Source: an uncultured Opitutaceae bacterium (lineage in GTDB: Bacteria; Verrucomicrobiota; Verrucomicrobiia; Opitutales; Opitutaceae). Taken from it: a DNA stretch of 64,000 nt. The position numbers and the translations under genes were made by a program. The stretch is taken from NCBI GenBank assembly GCA_964601365.1, contig CAZRNE010000009.1:5938-69937 (forward strand), read 5' to 3'. Positions 52,259 through 64,000 of this stretch are shown in pieces. The notes beneath the pieces are model-generated. The model was not told the DNA's origin and searched no databases. It worked only from the letters and a program-made list of their open reading frames with translations. Each line of letters starts with the position of its first letter. Position 1 is the first letter of the stretch.

Positions 52259-54097
52259 ATGGACTGGCTGCAACTCCTCGCCCTCCCCTTCCGCCTCGCG
52301 CTCCTGCTGGCGGGCCTGCTGGGACCGGGCGCCCTGATCCTGAGCGCGCTCGGACTGCCGCGCTCCCTCTCCGGGGCGTTTATCGTTTCCGCGGTCGCGC
52401 TCCACGGCGTCATCCTGGCGCTGGCGTTCACAGGACTGCCCGTCGGTCCCTACTCAATCGCAGGCGGCCTGGCCCTGATCGCCACAGCGGCGTTCATCGT
52501 TGCGCGCGGAAAGCCGGCCGTGGCATCCGCCGAAGAAGGCCTCGGGGTGATGTTCACCCGCTGGAATCCGTGGACCTTGCTCTATGCCGCGGTGTGGCTC
52601 GTGCTGCTCTACCGCCTCGGCGCGCAGCCGCTGACGGGGCCGGATGTCGGTTTCCGCTGGAGCTGGCTCGCCGAGCAGATGTTGCGGCAGGGATCGCTCG
52701 ATTTCTATCCCCCGCACGACGCGGCCGACTTCACCAGATATTTCTGGGCCGAGAGCATCCCGCCCGGCGTGGCCGGCCTCTACGCGTGGAGCTATGCCTG
52801 CGGCGGCGGCTTTGCGCCGCTCTGGACCTCGCCGGTCGTGCTCCTGCAATTCCTCGCTCTGCACGACCTCGTCTGGCGGCTGGCGCACCGGATGGGCGGC
52901 GAGCCCGCCGCCCGCCTCGCGGTGTTGCTCCTCGCCGCCACCCCGCTGTTCAACTGGTCCGTGGTCATCGGCCAGGAAACCGGCCTGACGGCGCTCGGGG
53001 TCTGCGGCTTGGTTTACGGCCTCATCGCTTGGGGAGCTGACCGGAACCGGGCCTGGCTGCTGCTCGCAGGTTTCTCCGCCGCCCTCGTGGCCGGCGCGCG
53101 CGAATACGGTGTGGCCTTCGGTGTCCTGGGCGCCGTGGTGCTGCTCCTCTGGTGCGCGCCGCGGCGCAACCTGCTCGCCTACGGTCTCACCGCGCTGCTC
53201 CTGCCGGCCGCCTGGCTCGGCTTCGTTTGGCTCAAGACCGGCAACCCGCTCTACAGCCTCAACCTCGCCGGCCTGTTTCCGGTCAACGAGGTCTTCGACC
53301 GCTACACCGCCTTTGTGCGGCTGCTGCAATCGGCCGGTCTCTTTTCCACCGACGGTCTGTATCAGCTCGCGCGCTATCTGCTGCTGTTCGCCCTGCCGAC
53401 CTGTGCCGGTTTGGTGCTGGCGGCGTGGCGGGCGCAAATCACCTTCACCCTCGCCGCCGCTTTCCTGGTCGCCACCGTCGCGCTGTGGATCACCTCGATC
53501 GGCTATACCGCGGGCGGGCTGTTCTATTCGATGCGCGTGCTCTCGCCGGTCTTCGCGCTCGCGGCGGTGCTGGGCGGCGTGGTCGCCGCGCAGGCTGCGG
53601 GTAATCTCCTGTTCAGGAGCATCGGCGCCGTGCTCCTGCTCGGGCTGGGTCTCGAATCGCTGCCCAAGACCCTCGCCCTGCCCGTCAACCCCTACCGGGC
53701 CGCGCCGGTGGACTGGCTGCAAGCCGGCGGGGAGTTTGTCGGGCGCACCGCCCGCGCGGATGCGGAACTGCTCCCGGTCTTGCGGGCCTTGCCCGGCCGG
53801 CCCGTCATCATCACCGAGAGTGCCGGCCTGCAACGGCTGCTGGCTGACACCGGCCTGACGGTCGTCCCCATCTGGAGTCCCGCCGCCAGCTGGCTCTTCG
53901 ACCGGCAGCTGCCCGCCGCGGAATTCGCCTCGCGTCTGCGGGAACTAGGCGACTGCTGCCTGATCCTCACCCGCGACAGCCACGGCGCGCGCTTCGTGCA
54001 GGCCTATGCGCATCCCGCCCTTGGCGCTCATCTCCAGCTTCATCAGGTCTCCGGCCAATACGTGGTCTACCGCGTGCGCGCCGACCCCGGACCGTAG
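52259..54097 (+). CDS. Large polytopic membrane protein, GT-C (ArnT/PMT-like) glycosyltransferase candidate
   Basis: 612 aa with more than 10 predicted TM helices followed by a soluble C-terminal domain of about 130 aa. This is the architecture of GT-C enzymes. No catalytic motif was verified. Confidence 0.5.
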   Translation: MDWLQLLALPFRLALLLAGLLGPGALILSALGLPRSLSGAFIVSAVALHGVILALAFTGLPVGPYSIAGGLALIATAAFIVARGKPAVASAEEGLGVMFTRWNPWTLLYAAVWLVLLYRLGAQPLTGPDVGFRWSWLAEQMLRQGSLDFYPPHDAADFTRYFWAESIPPGVAGLYAWSYACGGGFAPLWTSPVVLLQFLALHDLVWRLAHRMGGEPAARLAVLLLAATPLFNWSVVIGQETGLTALGVCGLVYGLIAWGADRNRAWLLLAGFSAALVAGAREYGVAFGVLGAVVLLLWCAPRRNLLAYGLTALLLPAAWLGFVWLKTGNPLYSLNLAGLFPVNEVFDRYTAFVRLLQSAGLFSTDGLYQLARYLLLFALPTCAGLVLAAWRAQITFTLAAAFLVATVALWITSIGYTAGGLFYSMRVLSPVFALAAVLGGVVAAQAAGNLLFRSIGAVLLLGLGLESLPKTLALPVNPYRAAPVDWLQAGGEFVGRTARADAELLPVLRALPGRPVIITESAGLQRLLADTGLTVVPIWSPAASWLFDRQLPAAEFASRLRELGDCCLILTRDSHGARFVQAYAHPALGAHLQLHQVSGQYVVYRVRADPGP

Positions 54098-54148
54098 GAC
54101 TTATTCCGCACTTGTCGCCACCGGCAATCCCCGCCCAATAGACCGCGC

Positions 54149-55027
54149 ATGTCCGCCGACCGCCCCATCTCCGAGCTCTTCGCCGGCAGGAAACTCGTGC
54201 GCTCGCTCGAGTTTTTCCCGCCCAAGGACGAGACGCAGATGGCGATGCTCCATGCCTCGGCCGCGGCCCTCCAGCGCATCGCGCCGGACTTCGTTTCCAT
54301 CACCTACGGTGCCGGCGGCACCACCCGCGAGCGCACCGCCCGCGCCGCCGCGCTGCTGAAGAAGGATTTCGGCTTCACCGTCATGCCCCATCTCACCTGC
54401 GTCGGGCATAGCCGGGCAGAACTGAACGACATCGCCGACCGCATCCACGCCGAGGGTTTCCGCAATATCATGACGCTCCGCGGCGACCTGCCGAAGGACA
54501 ACCCCGGCTACCAGCCGCCGGCCGACGGTCTCCGCTACGCCAGTGAGCTGGTAGCCTTGCTCAAGGCCCGGCACGCCGACTTCTGCCTCGGTGTCGCCGG
54601 CTACCCGGAGAAGCACCCGCAGGCCCGCTCGCTCGAGGCCGACCTCGACAACCTCAAGCGCAAGGTCGACGCCGGCGCCGACTTCGTCACCACCCAGCTC
54701 TTCTTCGACAACTCGCTCTATTACCGTTTCGTCGAACAGTGCCGCGCACGCGACATCAACGTGCCCATCATCCCCGGCATCATGCCCGTGCTTTCGCTCA
54801 AGCAGATCAAGCGCTTCACCGAGATGTGCGGCGCCACTCTGCCCCCGAAGCTGGTCACGCGCCTCGAGGCCGCCGCCGAGAACCCCGATGTCGTCGAGAT
54901 CATCGGCCTCGACTGGGCGCTGACGCAGATCCGCGGCCTGCTGGCCAACGGCGCGCCCGGCTACCATCTCTACATCATGAACCGCGCCAAGAGCGCCCTC
55001 GCCCTCGCAGCGGGCCTCGCAGCCTGA
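54149..55027 (+). CDS. metF: Methylenetetrahydrofolate reductase
   Basis: SLEFFPPK, FVSITYGAGGTTRERT, HLTCVGHS and GADFVTTQLFFD motifs. Confidence 0.9.
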   Translation: MSADRPISELFAGRKLVRSLEFFPPKDETQMAMLHASAAALQRIAPDFVSITYGAGGTTRERTARAAALLKKDFGFTVMPHLTCVGHSRAELNDIADRIHAEGFRNIMTLRGDLPKDNPGYQPPADGLRYASELVALLKARHADFCLGVAGYPEKHPQARSLEADLDNLKRKVDAGADFVTTQLFFDNSLYYRFVEQCRARDINVPIIPGIMPVLSLKQIKRFTEMCGATLPPKLVTRLEAAAENPDVVEIIGLDWALTQIRGLLANGAPGYHLYIMNRAKSALALAAGLAA

Positions 55028-55435
55028 TCACCCGCCGGCGAAGACCGGCTTGAAGCCGGCCTCGGCGAGGATGCGCGCGATGGTGTCGCGCTGGTCGCCC
55101 TGGATCTCGATGGCACCGTCCTTCACCGTGCCGCCGCACCCGCAGGCCGAGCGCATCTTTTTGCAGAGCGCCTCCTTTTCCGGCAGCCCGATGCCGACAA
55201 AGCCGGTTACGAGCGTCACCGTCTTGCCGCCGCGACCGGCCGTGGTGCGTTTGATGTCCACCCGGCCCCGGCTTCTGGCCGGCGGAGCATCGCCGGTGGG
55301 AGCGAGCTTGCTCGCGACGGGCTGTGACTGACCTGCGGGCAATCCCGCTCCGCTCAGCGCGCCAAACGGGTTCTGCCCGAGCGCCTGCCCGCCATCGGTG
55401 GGGATCTTGCCGGAAGTATTCATATCCTGTCGCAT
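55028..55435 (-). CDS. yciH: SUI1/YciH-family translation initiation factor-like protein
   Basis: C-terminal GKTVTLVTGF...EALCKKMRSACGCGGTVKDGAIEIQGDQRDTIARILAEAGF matches the SUI1 domain. The start ATG abuts a family-1 repeat. Confidence 0.8.
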   Translation of the reverse strand: MRQDMNTSGKIPTDGGQALGQNPFGALSGAGLPAGQSQPVASKLAPTGDAPPARSRGRVDIKRTTAGRGGKTVTLVTGFVGIGLPEKEALCKKMRSACGCGGTVKDGAIEIQGDQRDTIARILAEAGFKPVFAGG

Positions 55436-55462
55436 GTCATTCTGAGCGAAGCGAGGAATCCA
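55436..55462 (+). repeat. Family-1 interspersed repeat, half copy
   Basis: gtcattctgagcgaagcgaggaatcca. It lies between the stop of the 83-aa ORF (55477) and the yciH start (55435). Confidence 0.8.
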
Positions 55463-55476
55463 GAGCCGCCCGGAGG

Positions 55477-55728
55477 TCAGGCTCCACCTTTGCACCCGTC
55501 CGGCGGCGTCGCGGGTCGGCCGAAATCGCTCCGCTCCCCCAGCCACGCCAAGGCCTTGGCATAGCTCCGTCCCTCCAAAAAGTGCTCCAACCTCGGATCG
55601 ATCCGCCCCCGGTGCTCCGCCAGCAATCCGTCCAACTCGGCCAAGGCAGCCGAGAGGGCCGGTCCATCAGATTTCGTGATGGCGGACTGGAAGCGGATGA
55701 GAGCGGCTTTGACCTGGGCCTCGGGCAT
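55477..55728 (-). CDS. Hypothetical small helical protein
   Basis: 83-aa ORF (MPEAQVKAALIRFQSAITKSD...HFLEGRSYAKALAWL) with coding-like bias. No family recognised. Confidence 0.5.
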   Translation of the reverse strand: MPEAQVKAALIRFQSAITKSDGPALSAALAELDGLLAEHRGRIDPRLEHFLEGRSYAKALAWLGERSDFGRPATPPDGCKGGA

Positions 55729-55876
55729 GGGACGAGTGCGGATGTTAAGCAGAATTTATCAGACTCACGCGCCGGATAATTGCCATTTCAAAACTAGGCG
55801 CCAGTCCGGAATCGGTTTGAGCGGCCAACCCGCGCTTGTGAACGTGACCTTTCCCTGCGACTCTAATCCTCCCGCC

Positions 55877-58636
<2,760 letters not shown>

Positions 58637-58657
58637 CCTCCTACTTCACCCTCGCGT

Positions 58658-58684
58658 GTCATTCTGAGCGAAGCGAAGAATCCA
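58658..58684 (+). repeat. Family-1 interspersed repeat, half copy
   Basis: gtcattctgagcgaagcgaagaatcca, 22 nt after the sucA stop. Confidence 0.85.
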
Positions 58685-58715
58685 AACTCAACCCTCTCAA
58701 TCTCCCACCTTTCCC

Positions 58716-59948
58716 ATGTCCCTCGAAGTCAAAATCCCCCCGATGGGCGAATCCATCACCTCCGGTGTTCTCGCCAAATGGCACGTCGCCGACGGCGACG
58801 TCGTGAAGAAGGACCAGGTCCTCTTCGAACTGGAGACCGACAAGATCACCTCCGAGGGCACGGCCGAGGCGGCCGGGAAAATCTCGCTCAAGGTCGCCGC
58901 CGGCACCGAGGTGAAGATCGGCGCCGTTGTCGCCGTCATCGACACCGCGGCTACCGCTGGAGCCGCACCTGCTCCCGCTTCGCCTCAACCTCAACTTTCA
59001 ACCTCAACCGGCGCCGCCAGCGCCTCGCCCGCCGTGCGCCGCCTCGCCGCCGAAACCGGCATCGACCCCGCCTCTGTCGCCGGCTCCGGCAAGGCCGGCC
59101 GCGTCACCAAGGGCGACATGCTTTCAGCCGCTGAGTCGGGCAAGAAGCCCGACTCACCCTCTTCGCCTGTGGCGAAGCCCACGAGGCCGAGCGCTGAAGT
59201 CGCCAAAGCGACTTCACCCTCCGTAGCTTCAGCGAAGGAGGGCGCCAGTGAACGCCAGACCCGCCGGAAGATGACGCCGCTCCGTGCCCGCATCGCGCAG
59301 CGCCTCGTGCAGGCCAAGCAGACCACGGCCATGCTCACCACCTTCAACGAGGCCGACATGTCCGGCATCATGGGCCTCCGCGCCAAGTATCAGGACGACT
59401 TCGTCAAGAAGCACGGCGTGAAGCTCGGCTTCATGTCCTTTTTCGTGAAGGCCGTCGTCAACGCCCTCAAGGAGGTCCCCGCCATCAACGCGCAGATCGA
59501 CGGCGACTCCATCATCGAGAACCACTACTTCGACATCGGCGTCGCCGTCTCCACCGACAAGGGCCTCATCGTCCCCGTCATCCGCGACTGCGACCGGAAG
59601 AGCCTCGCCGACATCGAGAAGGACATCGCCGACGCGGCCAAGCGCGCCCGCGACGGCAAGATCACCCTGCCCGACCTCGAGGGCGGCGTCTTCACCATCA
59701 CCAACGGCGGTGTCTTCGGCTCGCTCCTCGCCACCCCCATCATCAATTCCCCGCAGAGCGCCATCCTCGGCATGCATGCCATCAAGGAGCGCCCCGTCGC
59801 CCTCAACGGCCAGGTTGTCATCCGCCCGATGATGTATCTCGCCCTCAGCTACGATCACCGCCTCGTCGACGGCAAGGAATCCGTCACCTTCCTCGTCAAG
59901 GTGAAGGACGCCCTCGAGGATCCCACCCGCCTGGTCCTCGGTGTCTAA
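58716..59948 (+). CDS. sucB: Dihydrolipoyllysine-residue succinyltransferase (E2 of 2-oxoglutarate dehydrogenase)
   Basis: Lipoyl domain with [12 protein letters not shown], a peripheral subunit-binding domain ([31 protein letters not shown]), and a catalytic domain ending [12 protein letters not shown]. Confidence 0.95.
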   Translation: MSLEVKIPPMGESITSGVLAKWHVADGDVVKKDQVLFELETDKITSEGTAEAAGKISLKVAAGTEVKIGAVVAVIDTAATAGAAPAPASPQPQLSTSTGAASASPAVRRLAAETGIDPASVAGSGKAGRVTKGDMLSAAESGKKPDSPSSPVAKPTRPSAEVAKATSPSVASAKEGASERQTRRKMTPLRARIAQRLVQAKQTTAMLTTFNEADMSGIMGLRAKYQDDFVKKHGVKLGFMSFFVKAVVNALKEVPAINAQIDGDSIIENHYFDIGVAVSTDKGLIVPVIRDCDRKSLADIEKDIADAAKRARDGKITLPDLEGGVFTITNGGVFGSLLATPIINSPQSAILGMHAIKERPVALNGQVVIRPMMYLALSYDHRLVDGKESVTFLVKVKDALEDPTRLVLGV

Positions 59949-59975
59949 GCTAATCCCAATCTTTCTCACTGCCTT

Positions 59976-60002
59976 GTCATCCTGAGCGCAGCGAAGAATC
60001 CA
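59976..60002 (+). repeat. Family-1 interspersed repeat, half copy
   Basis: gtcatcctgagcgcagcgaagaatcca, 28 nt after the sucB stop. Confidence 0.85.
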
Positions 60003-60039
60003 TGCCTTCTCTTTGCGAACTTTGCGTCCTTCTGTTGAA

Positions 60040-61439
<1,400 letters not shown>

Positions 61440-61443
<4 letters not shown>

Positions 61444-61535
61444 GAGCGGCCATACGCCGCAATGCTTCCCCCTGGGTGGAGCGCGGCCTCCGGACGCGCT
61501 CAAGCTGTAGGCAGCAAGCTTGCTCGCGCCATCTT
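61440..61535. repeat. REP-like sequences after lpdA (TGTAGGAGCGG / TGTAGGCAGCAAGCTTGCTCGC family)
   Basis: gtaggagcggccatacgccgcaatgc (61440-) is related to 51054 and 32933. gctgtaggcagcaagcttgctcgcgcc contains the palindrome gcaagcttgc. Confidence 0.6.
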
Positions 61536-61590
61536 CCCGCGCGCTGCCAAATACCCAGCCCCGCGCTTCCTTGCTTGCGGCCCCGGCCAT

Positions 61591-61616
61591 ATCCGTGTCC
61601 ATCCGTGCCATCCGTG
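61591..61616 (+). repeat. Triple ATCCGTG repeat, copy 1
   Basis: ATCCGTG starts at 61591, 61601 and 61610 (atccgtgtccatccgtgccatccgtggtcaaaaa). The third unit contains the proposed GTG start of the HAD gene. Confidence 0.8.
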
Positions 61617-62318
61617 GTCAAAAAATCCTCCGACAAGAAACTCATCCTCTGGGACATCGACGGCACGCTCATCGTCTCGCACGGCGCCGGCGTCCGCGCC
61701 ATGGAGCGCGCCCTGCGCGAGCACTTCGGCCGGCCGGGCGACCTCAGCCGCGTGGATTGGGCCGGCCGCACCGACACCTGGATTGCCGGCGAGGTCTTCG
61801 TCCAAGCCGGCATCCCCGACACGCCCGAAAACCGGCAGGGCTTCTTCGAGGCCTACTTCCGCCTGCTCCCGCTCGAGCTGGAAGCCGGCCCGAACGGCCG
61901 GGTCCTGCCCGGCGTGCTCGAGCTGCTCGACACCCTGCACCGCCGCGATGATGTCGCGCAGGGTCTGCTCACCGGCAACCTCCGCAAGGGCGCCGAGCTG
62001 AAGCTGACCCACTTCCAAGTCTGGCACTACTTTGAGTTTGGTGCCTTCGCCGACGACAGCCCGCTGCGCAACGACCTCGGGCCCCATGCCCTGCGCCGCG
62101 CCAAGGAACGGCACGCGCACGACTTCGACCCCGCCCGCACCTTCATCATCGGCGACACCCCGCGCGACATCGAATGCGGCAAGGTCATCGGCGCGCGCAC
62201 CATCGCCGTCGCCACGGGCAAGTTCCCCGTCGCCGAACTCGCCGCCCACGCGCCCACCGCCGCCTTCGCCGATTTCTCCGATGCCGCCGCCTTCCTCCGC
62301 GTGATCGACGCCCACTGA
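61614..62318 (+). CDS. HAD-superfamily hydrolase (phosphoglycolate phosphatase-like)
   Basis: LILWDIDGTLI (DxDGT motif I), LLTGN (motif II) and FIIGDTPRDIECG (motif IV). GTG 61614 chosen; the region of the track ORF upstream of it is repeat-derived. Confidence 0.8.
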   Translation: MVKKSSDKKLILWDIDGTLIVSHGAGVRAMERALREHFGRPGDLSRVDWAGRTDTWIAGEVFVQAGIPDTPENRQGFFEAYFRLLPLELEAGPNGRVLPGVLELLDTLHRRDDVAQGLLTGNLRKGAELKLTHFQVWHYFEFGAFADDSPLRNDLGPHALRRAKERHAHDFDPARTFIIGDTPRDIECGKVIGARTIAVATGKFPVAELAAHAPTAAFADFSDAAAFLRVIDAH

Positions 62319-62326
62319 TGCAGTTT

Positions 62327-62352
62327 ATCCGTGCCAATCCGTGGCATCCGTG
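62327..62352 (+). repeat. Triple ATCCGTG repeat, copy 2
   Basis: ATCCGTG starts at 62327, 62337 and 62346, the same 10/9-nt spacing as copy 1 (atccgtgccaatccgtggcatccgtggttgaaac). It begins 9 nt after the HAD stop. Confidence 0.8.
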
Positions 62353-62367
62353 GTTGAAACTTTTCGC

Positions 62368-62805
62368 ATGAAGAAATTTACCATCGCCATCGGCTCCGAC
62401 CACGCCGGCTTCGCCTACAAGGAGAAGATCAAGGCCATGCTGCTCAGCGAAGGCCATGTCGTGCGCGACTTCGGCACGACCTCCGAGGCTTCGTGCGACT
62501 ACCCCGATTTCATCCGGCCCGTGGCCGAGGCCGTGGCCCGGGGCGAGTTCGAACGCGGCATCGTGCTCGGCGGCTCCGGCAACGGCGAGGCCATCGTCGC
62601 CAACCGTGTGCGCGGCGTGCGCTGCGGGCTCTGTTGGAACGAGCAGGTCGCCGTCTGGAACCGCTCGCATAACGACGCCAACTGCCTCTCGCTCGGCCAA
62701 CGCACCATCACCGAGGAGGAGGCCCTCAAGATAGTGAAGGTCTGGCTGGAAACACCCTTCGAAGGCGGCCGGCACATCCCGCGCATCCAGAAGATCGACC
62801 CGTGA
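62368..62805 (+). CDS. rpiB: Ribose-5-phosphate isomerase B
   Basis: MKKFTIAIGSDHAGFAYKEKIK..., GIVLGGSGNGEAIVANRVRGVRCGL and NDANCLSLG, typical of RpiB/LacAB. Confidence 0.9.
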   Translation: MKKFTIAIGSDHAGFAYKEKIKAMLLSEGHVVRDFGTTSEASCDYPDFIRPVAEAVARGEFERGIVLGGSGNGEAIVANRVRGVRCGLCWNEQVAVWNRSHNDANCLSLGQRTITEEEALKIVKVWLETPFEGGRHIPRIQKIDP

Positions 62806-62858
62806 GCATTTTCGGGGCAAACCCCGAGGCCGTGGATCATGACCGCCGATATCGGAAA

Positions 62859-62907
62859 TGTGGGAGCGACCTTGGTCGCGATGGTCGCGTGCAAGCACGC
62901 TCCCACA
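62859..62907. repeat. Palindromic REP-like hairpin (TGTGGGAGCG...CGCTCCCACA)
   Basis: tgtgggagcgaccttggtcgcgatggtcgcgtgcaagcacgctcccaca. It is related to 28748-28771. Confidence 0.8.
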
Positions 62908-63019
62908 GCCCCAAGCAAACCTCGTGCTTTGAGCCAAAGCGAGTAAGCGGAACTCCACGGGTATGGTCGGGAAAGCGATGATGATTTGACATCTAAATAC
63001 CACTCGGCAGGCTGTCGGC

Positions 63020-63463
63020 ATGGGCACAAGGCATCGCGGAACGATTGAGGAGATCAATGCGCTCAATGCGTTCATCAAGCTGCAGCGTGCCGCCGAGTCG
63101 GTCTCGACCCGGGTGCACGAAATCCTGCCTCCTGGCCTGACGATCACGCAGTTCGGCGTGCTCGAGGCGCTGCATCACATCGGACCGCTCTGTCAGGGCG
63201 AGCTGGCTGAAAAACTCCTGCGCTCAGGGGGAAACCTGACCCTGGTCGTCGACAACTTGGAGAAATCGGGACTGGTCGAGCGCGAGCGCGATCCTGCCGA
63301 CCGCCGGTTTGTCGTCGTGAAGCTCACCGCCAAGGGCAGCGCCTTCATCGCCGAGCTGTTTCCCAAGATCGTGGCCCGGGTCACGGCCGAGATGAGCACG
63401 CTTTCCTCCACCGAACTGCTCGAGTTGGGACGCCTCAGCAAGAAGGTCGGCCTGAAACGGTGA
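63020..63463 (+). CDS. MarR-family transcriptional regulator
   Basis: 147 aa with winged HTH LTITQFGVLEALHHIGPLCQGELAEKLLRSGGNLTLVVDNLEKSGLVERERDPADRRFVVVKLT. Confidence 0.9.
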   Translation: MGTRHRGTIEEINALNAFIKLQRAAESVSTRVHEILPPGLTITQFGVLEALHHIGPLCQGELAEKLLRSGGNLTLVVDNLEKSGLVERERDPADRRFVVVKLTAKGSAFIAELFPKIVARVTAEMSTLSSTELLELGRLSKKVGLKR

Positions 63464-63474
63464 GGACATATTTC

Positions 63475-63503
63475 TTGACTATTATTTTGATATCAAAATA
63501 CAT
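63475..63503 (+). promoter_or_regulatory. Candidate promoter and MarR operator: TTGACT followed by a perfect 18-bp palindrome TATTTTGATATCAAAATA
   Basis: TTGACT lies at 63475-63480. The perfect palindrome is at 63483-63500 (checked by hand) in the AT-rich spacer between marR and the dioxygenase gene, 10 nt before its ATG. Confidence 0.55.
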
Positions 63504-63509
63504 GTCGCC

Positions 63510-64000
63510 ATGAACCTGATCACCGGCATCCATCACATCACAGCCATGGCCTCGGACCCGAAGGCTAACCTGGACTTCTACACCAAGGTCCTCGGCCTGC
63601 GCCTGATCAAGAAGACGGTCAATTTCGACGACCCTTCCACCTACCATTTCTATTTCGCCAACTACGAGGGCACCCCGGGCACGGTTCTGACCTTCTTTCC
63701 CTGGCCTGACCTGCCCAAGGGACGTCCGGGCACCGGTCAGGTTTACGCCACGGCGTTCTCGGTGCCCACCGGAGCACTCGGATTCTGGCGCGCGCATCTG
63801 GCGAAGGTGCAGGTTGCCTTCCGCGATTTGCCGGAGCGTTTCGGCGAAAAGGTCCTGTCCTTGACCGATCCCGACGGCCTCGTGATCGAACTGATCGAAT
63901 CCGCCGGCGACCCCCGGCCTGCAATCCCCCACTCCGATGTTCCGGCTGACGCCGCCATCCGCGGCTTCCACAGCGCCACCCTGGCCGTGCCGGACGCGAA
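63510..64000 (+). CDS. VOC/glyoxalase-family ring-cleaving dioxygenase (partial, runs off the window)
   Basis: Own translation: MNLITGIHHITAMASDPKANLDFYTKVLGLRLIKKTVNFDDPSTYHFYFANYEGTPGTVLTFFPW... The second repeat begins IRGFHSATLAV. No stop before position 64000, so it is absent from the ORF track. Confidence 0.8.
   Translation, partial: MNLITGIHHITAMASDPKANLDFYTKVLGLRLIKKTVNFDDPSTYHFYFANYEGTPGTVLTFFPWPDLPKGRPGTGQVYATAFSVPTGALGFWRAHLAKVQVAFRDLPERFGEKVLSLTDPDGLVIELIESAGDPRPAIPHSDVPADAAIRGFHSATLAVPDA

Overview
High-GC (roughly 65-70 % by eye) bacterial chromosomal segment. Gene content, a pilin-like domain and the short repeat families suggest a Verrucomicrobiota/Opitutales-like organism; this is inference only. 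The window is almost entirely core housekeeping. It holds the start of the dcw cluster (mraZ-rsmH-ftsL-ftsI-murE), mreB-mreC-mreD-mrdA, a MoxR/DUF58/transglutaminase operon, and uppS-cdsA-dxr-rseP-ispG directly upstream of dnaA. It also holds ligA, three tRNAs, type III glutamine synthetase, ffs (SRP RNA)-dnaX, two ECF sigma modules, rlmN, metF, sucA-sucB-lpdA, rpiB and a MarR-dioxygenase pair. I found no CRISPR array, prophage, transposase or recognisable defence island, and I cannot point to a clear novel multi-gene system. The most interesting observations are these. (1) dnaX carries an A9 slippery run where the genomic frame gives a gamma-length product and the -1 frame continues for 98 coding-like codons, with a stem-loop 9 nt downstream. 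(2) The window is dense in short interspersed repeat families; one 27-nt element sits at gene 3' ends and supplies the dxr stop codon, and repeat-like sequence appears in frame inside ispG, sucB and lpdA. (3) An M48 peptidase is fused to a pseudopilin-like C-terminal domain. (4) A low-GC MazF/PemK-like toxin is coupled to an atypical Arg-rich upstream ORF. (5) A small two-TM ORF sits between mreB and mreC. (6) A weak DnaA-box/AT-rich region lies upstream of dnaA, which is not followed by dnaN. Many long ORFs in the six-frame track are GC-driven shadow frames and were rejected. The track translates TTG and GTG starts as M, so several starts were re-chosen.
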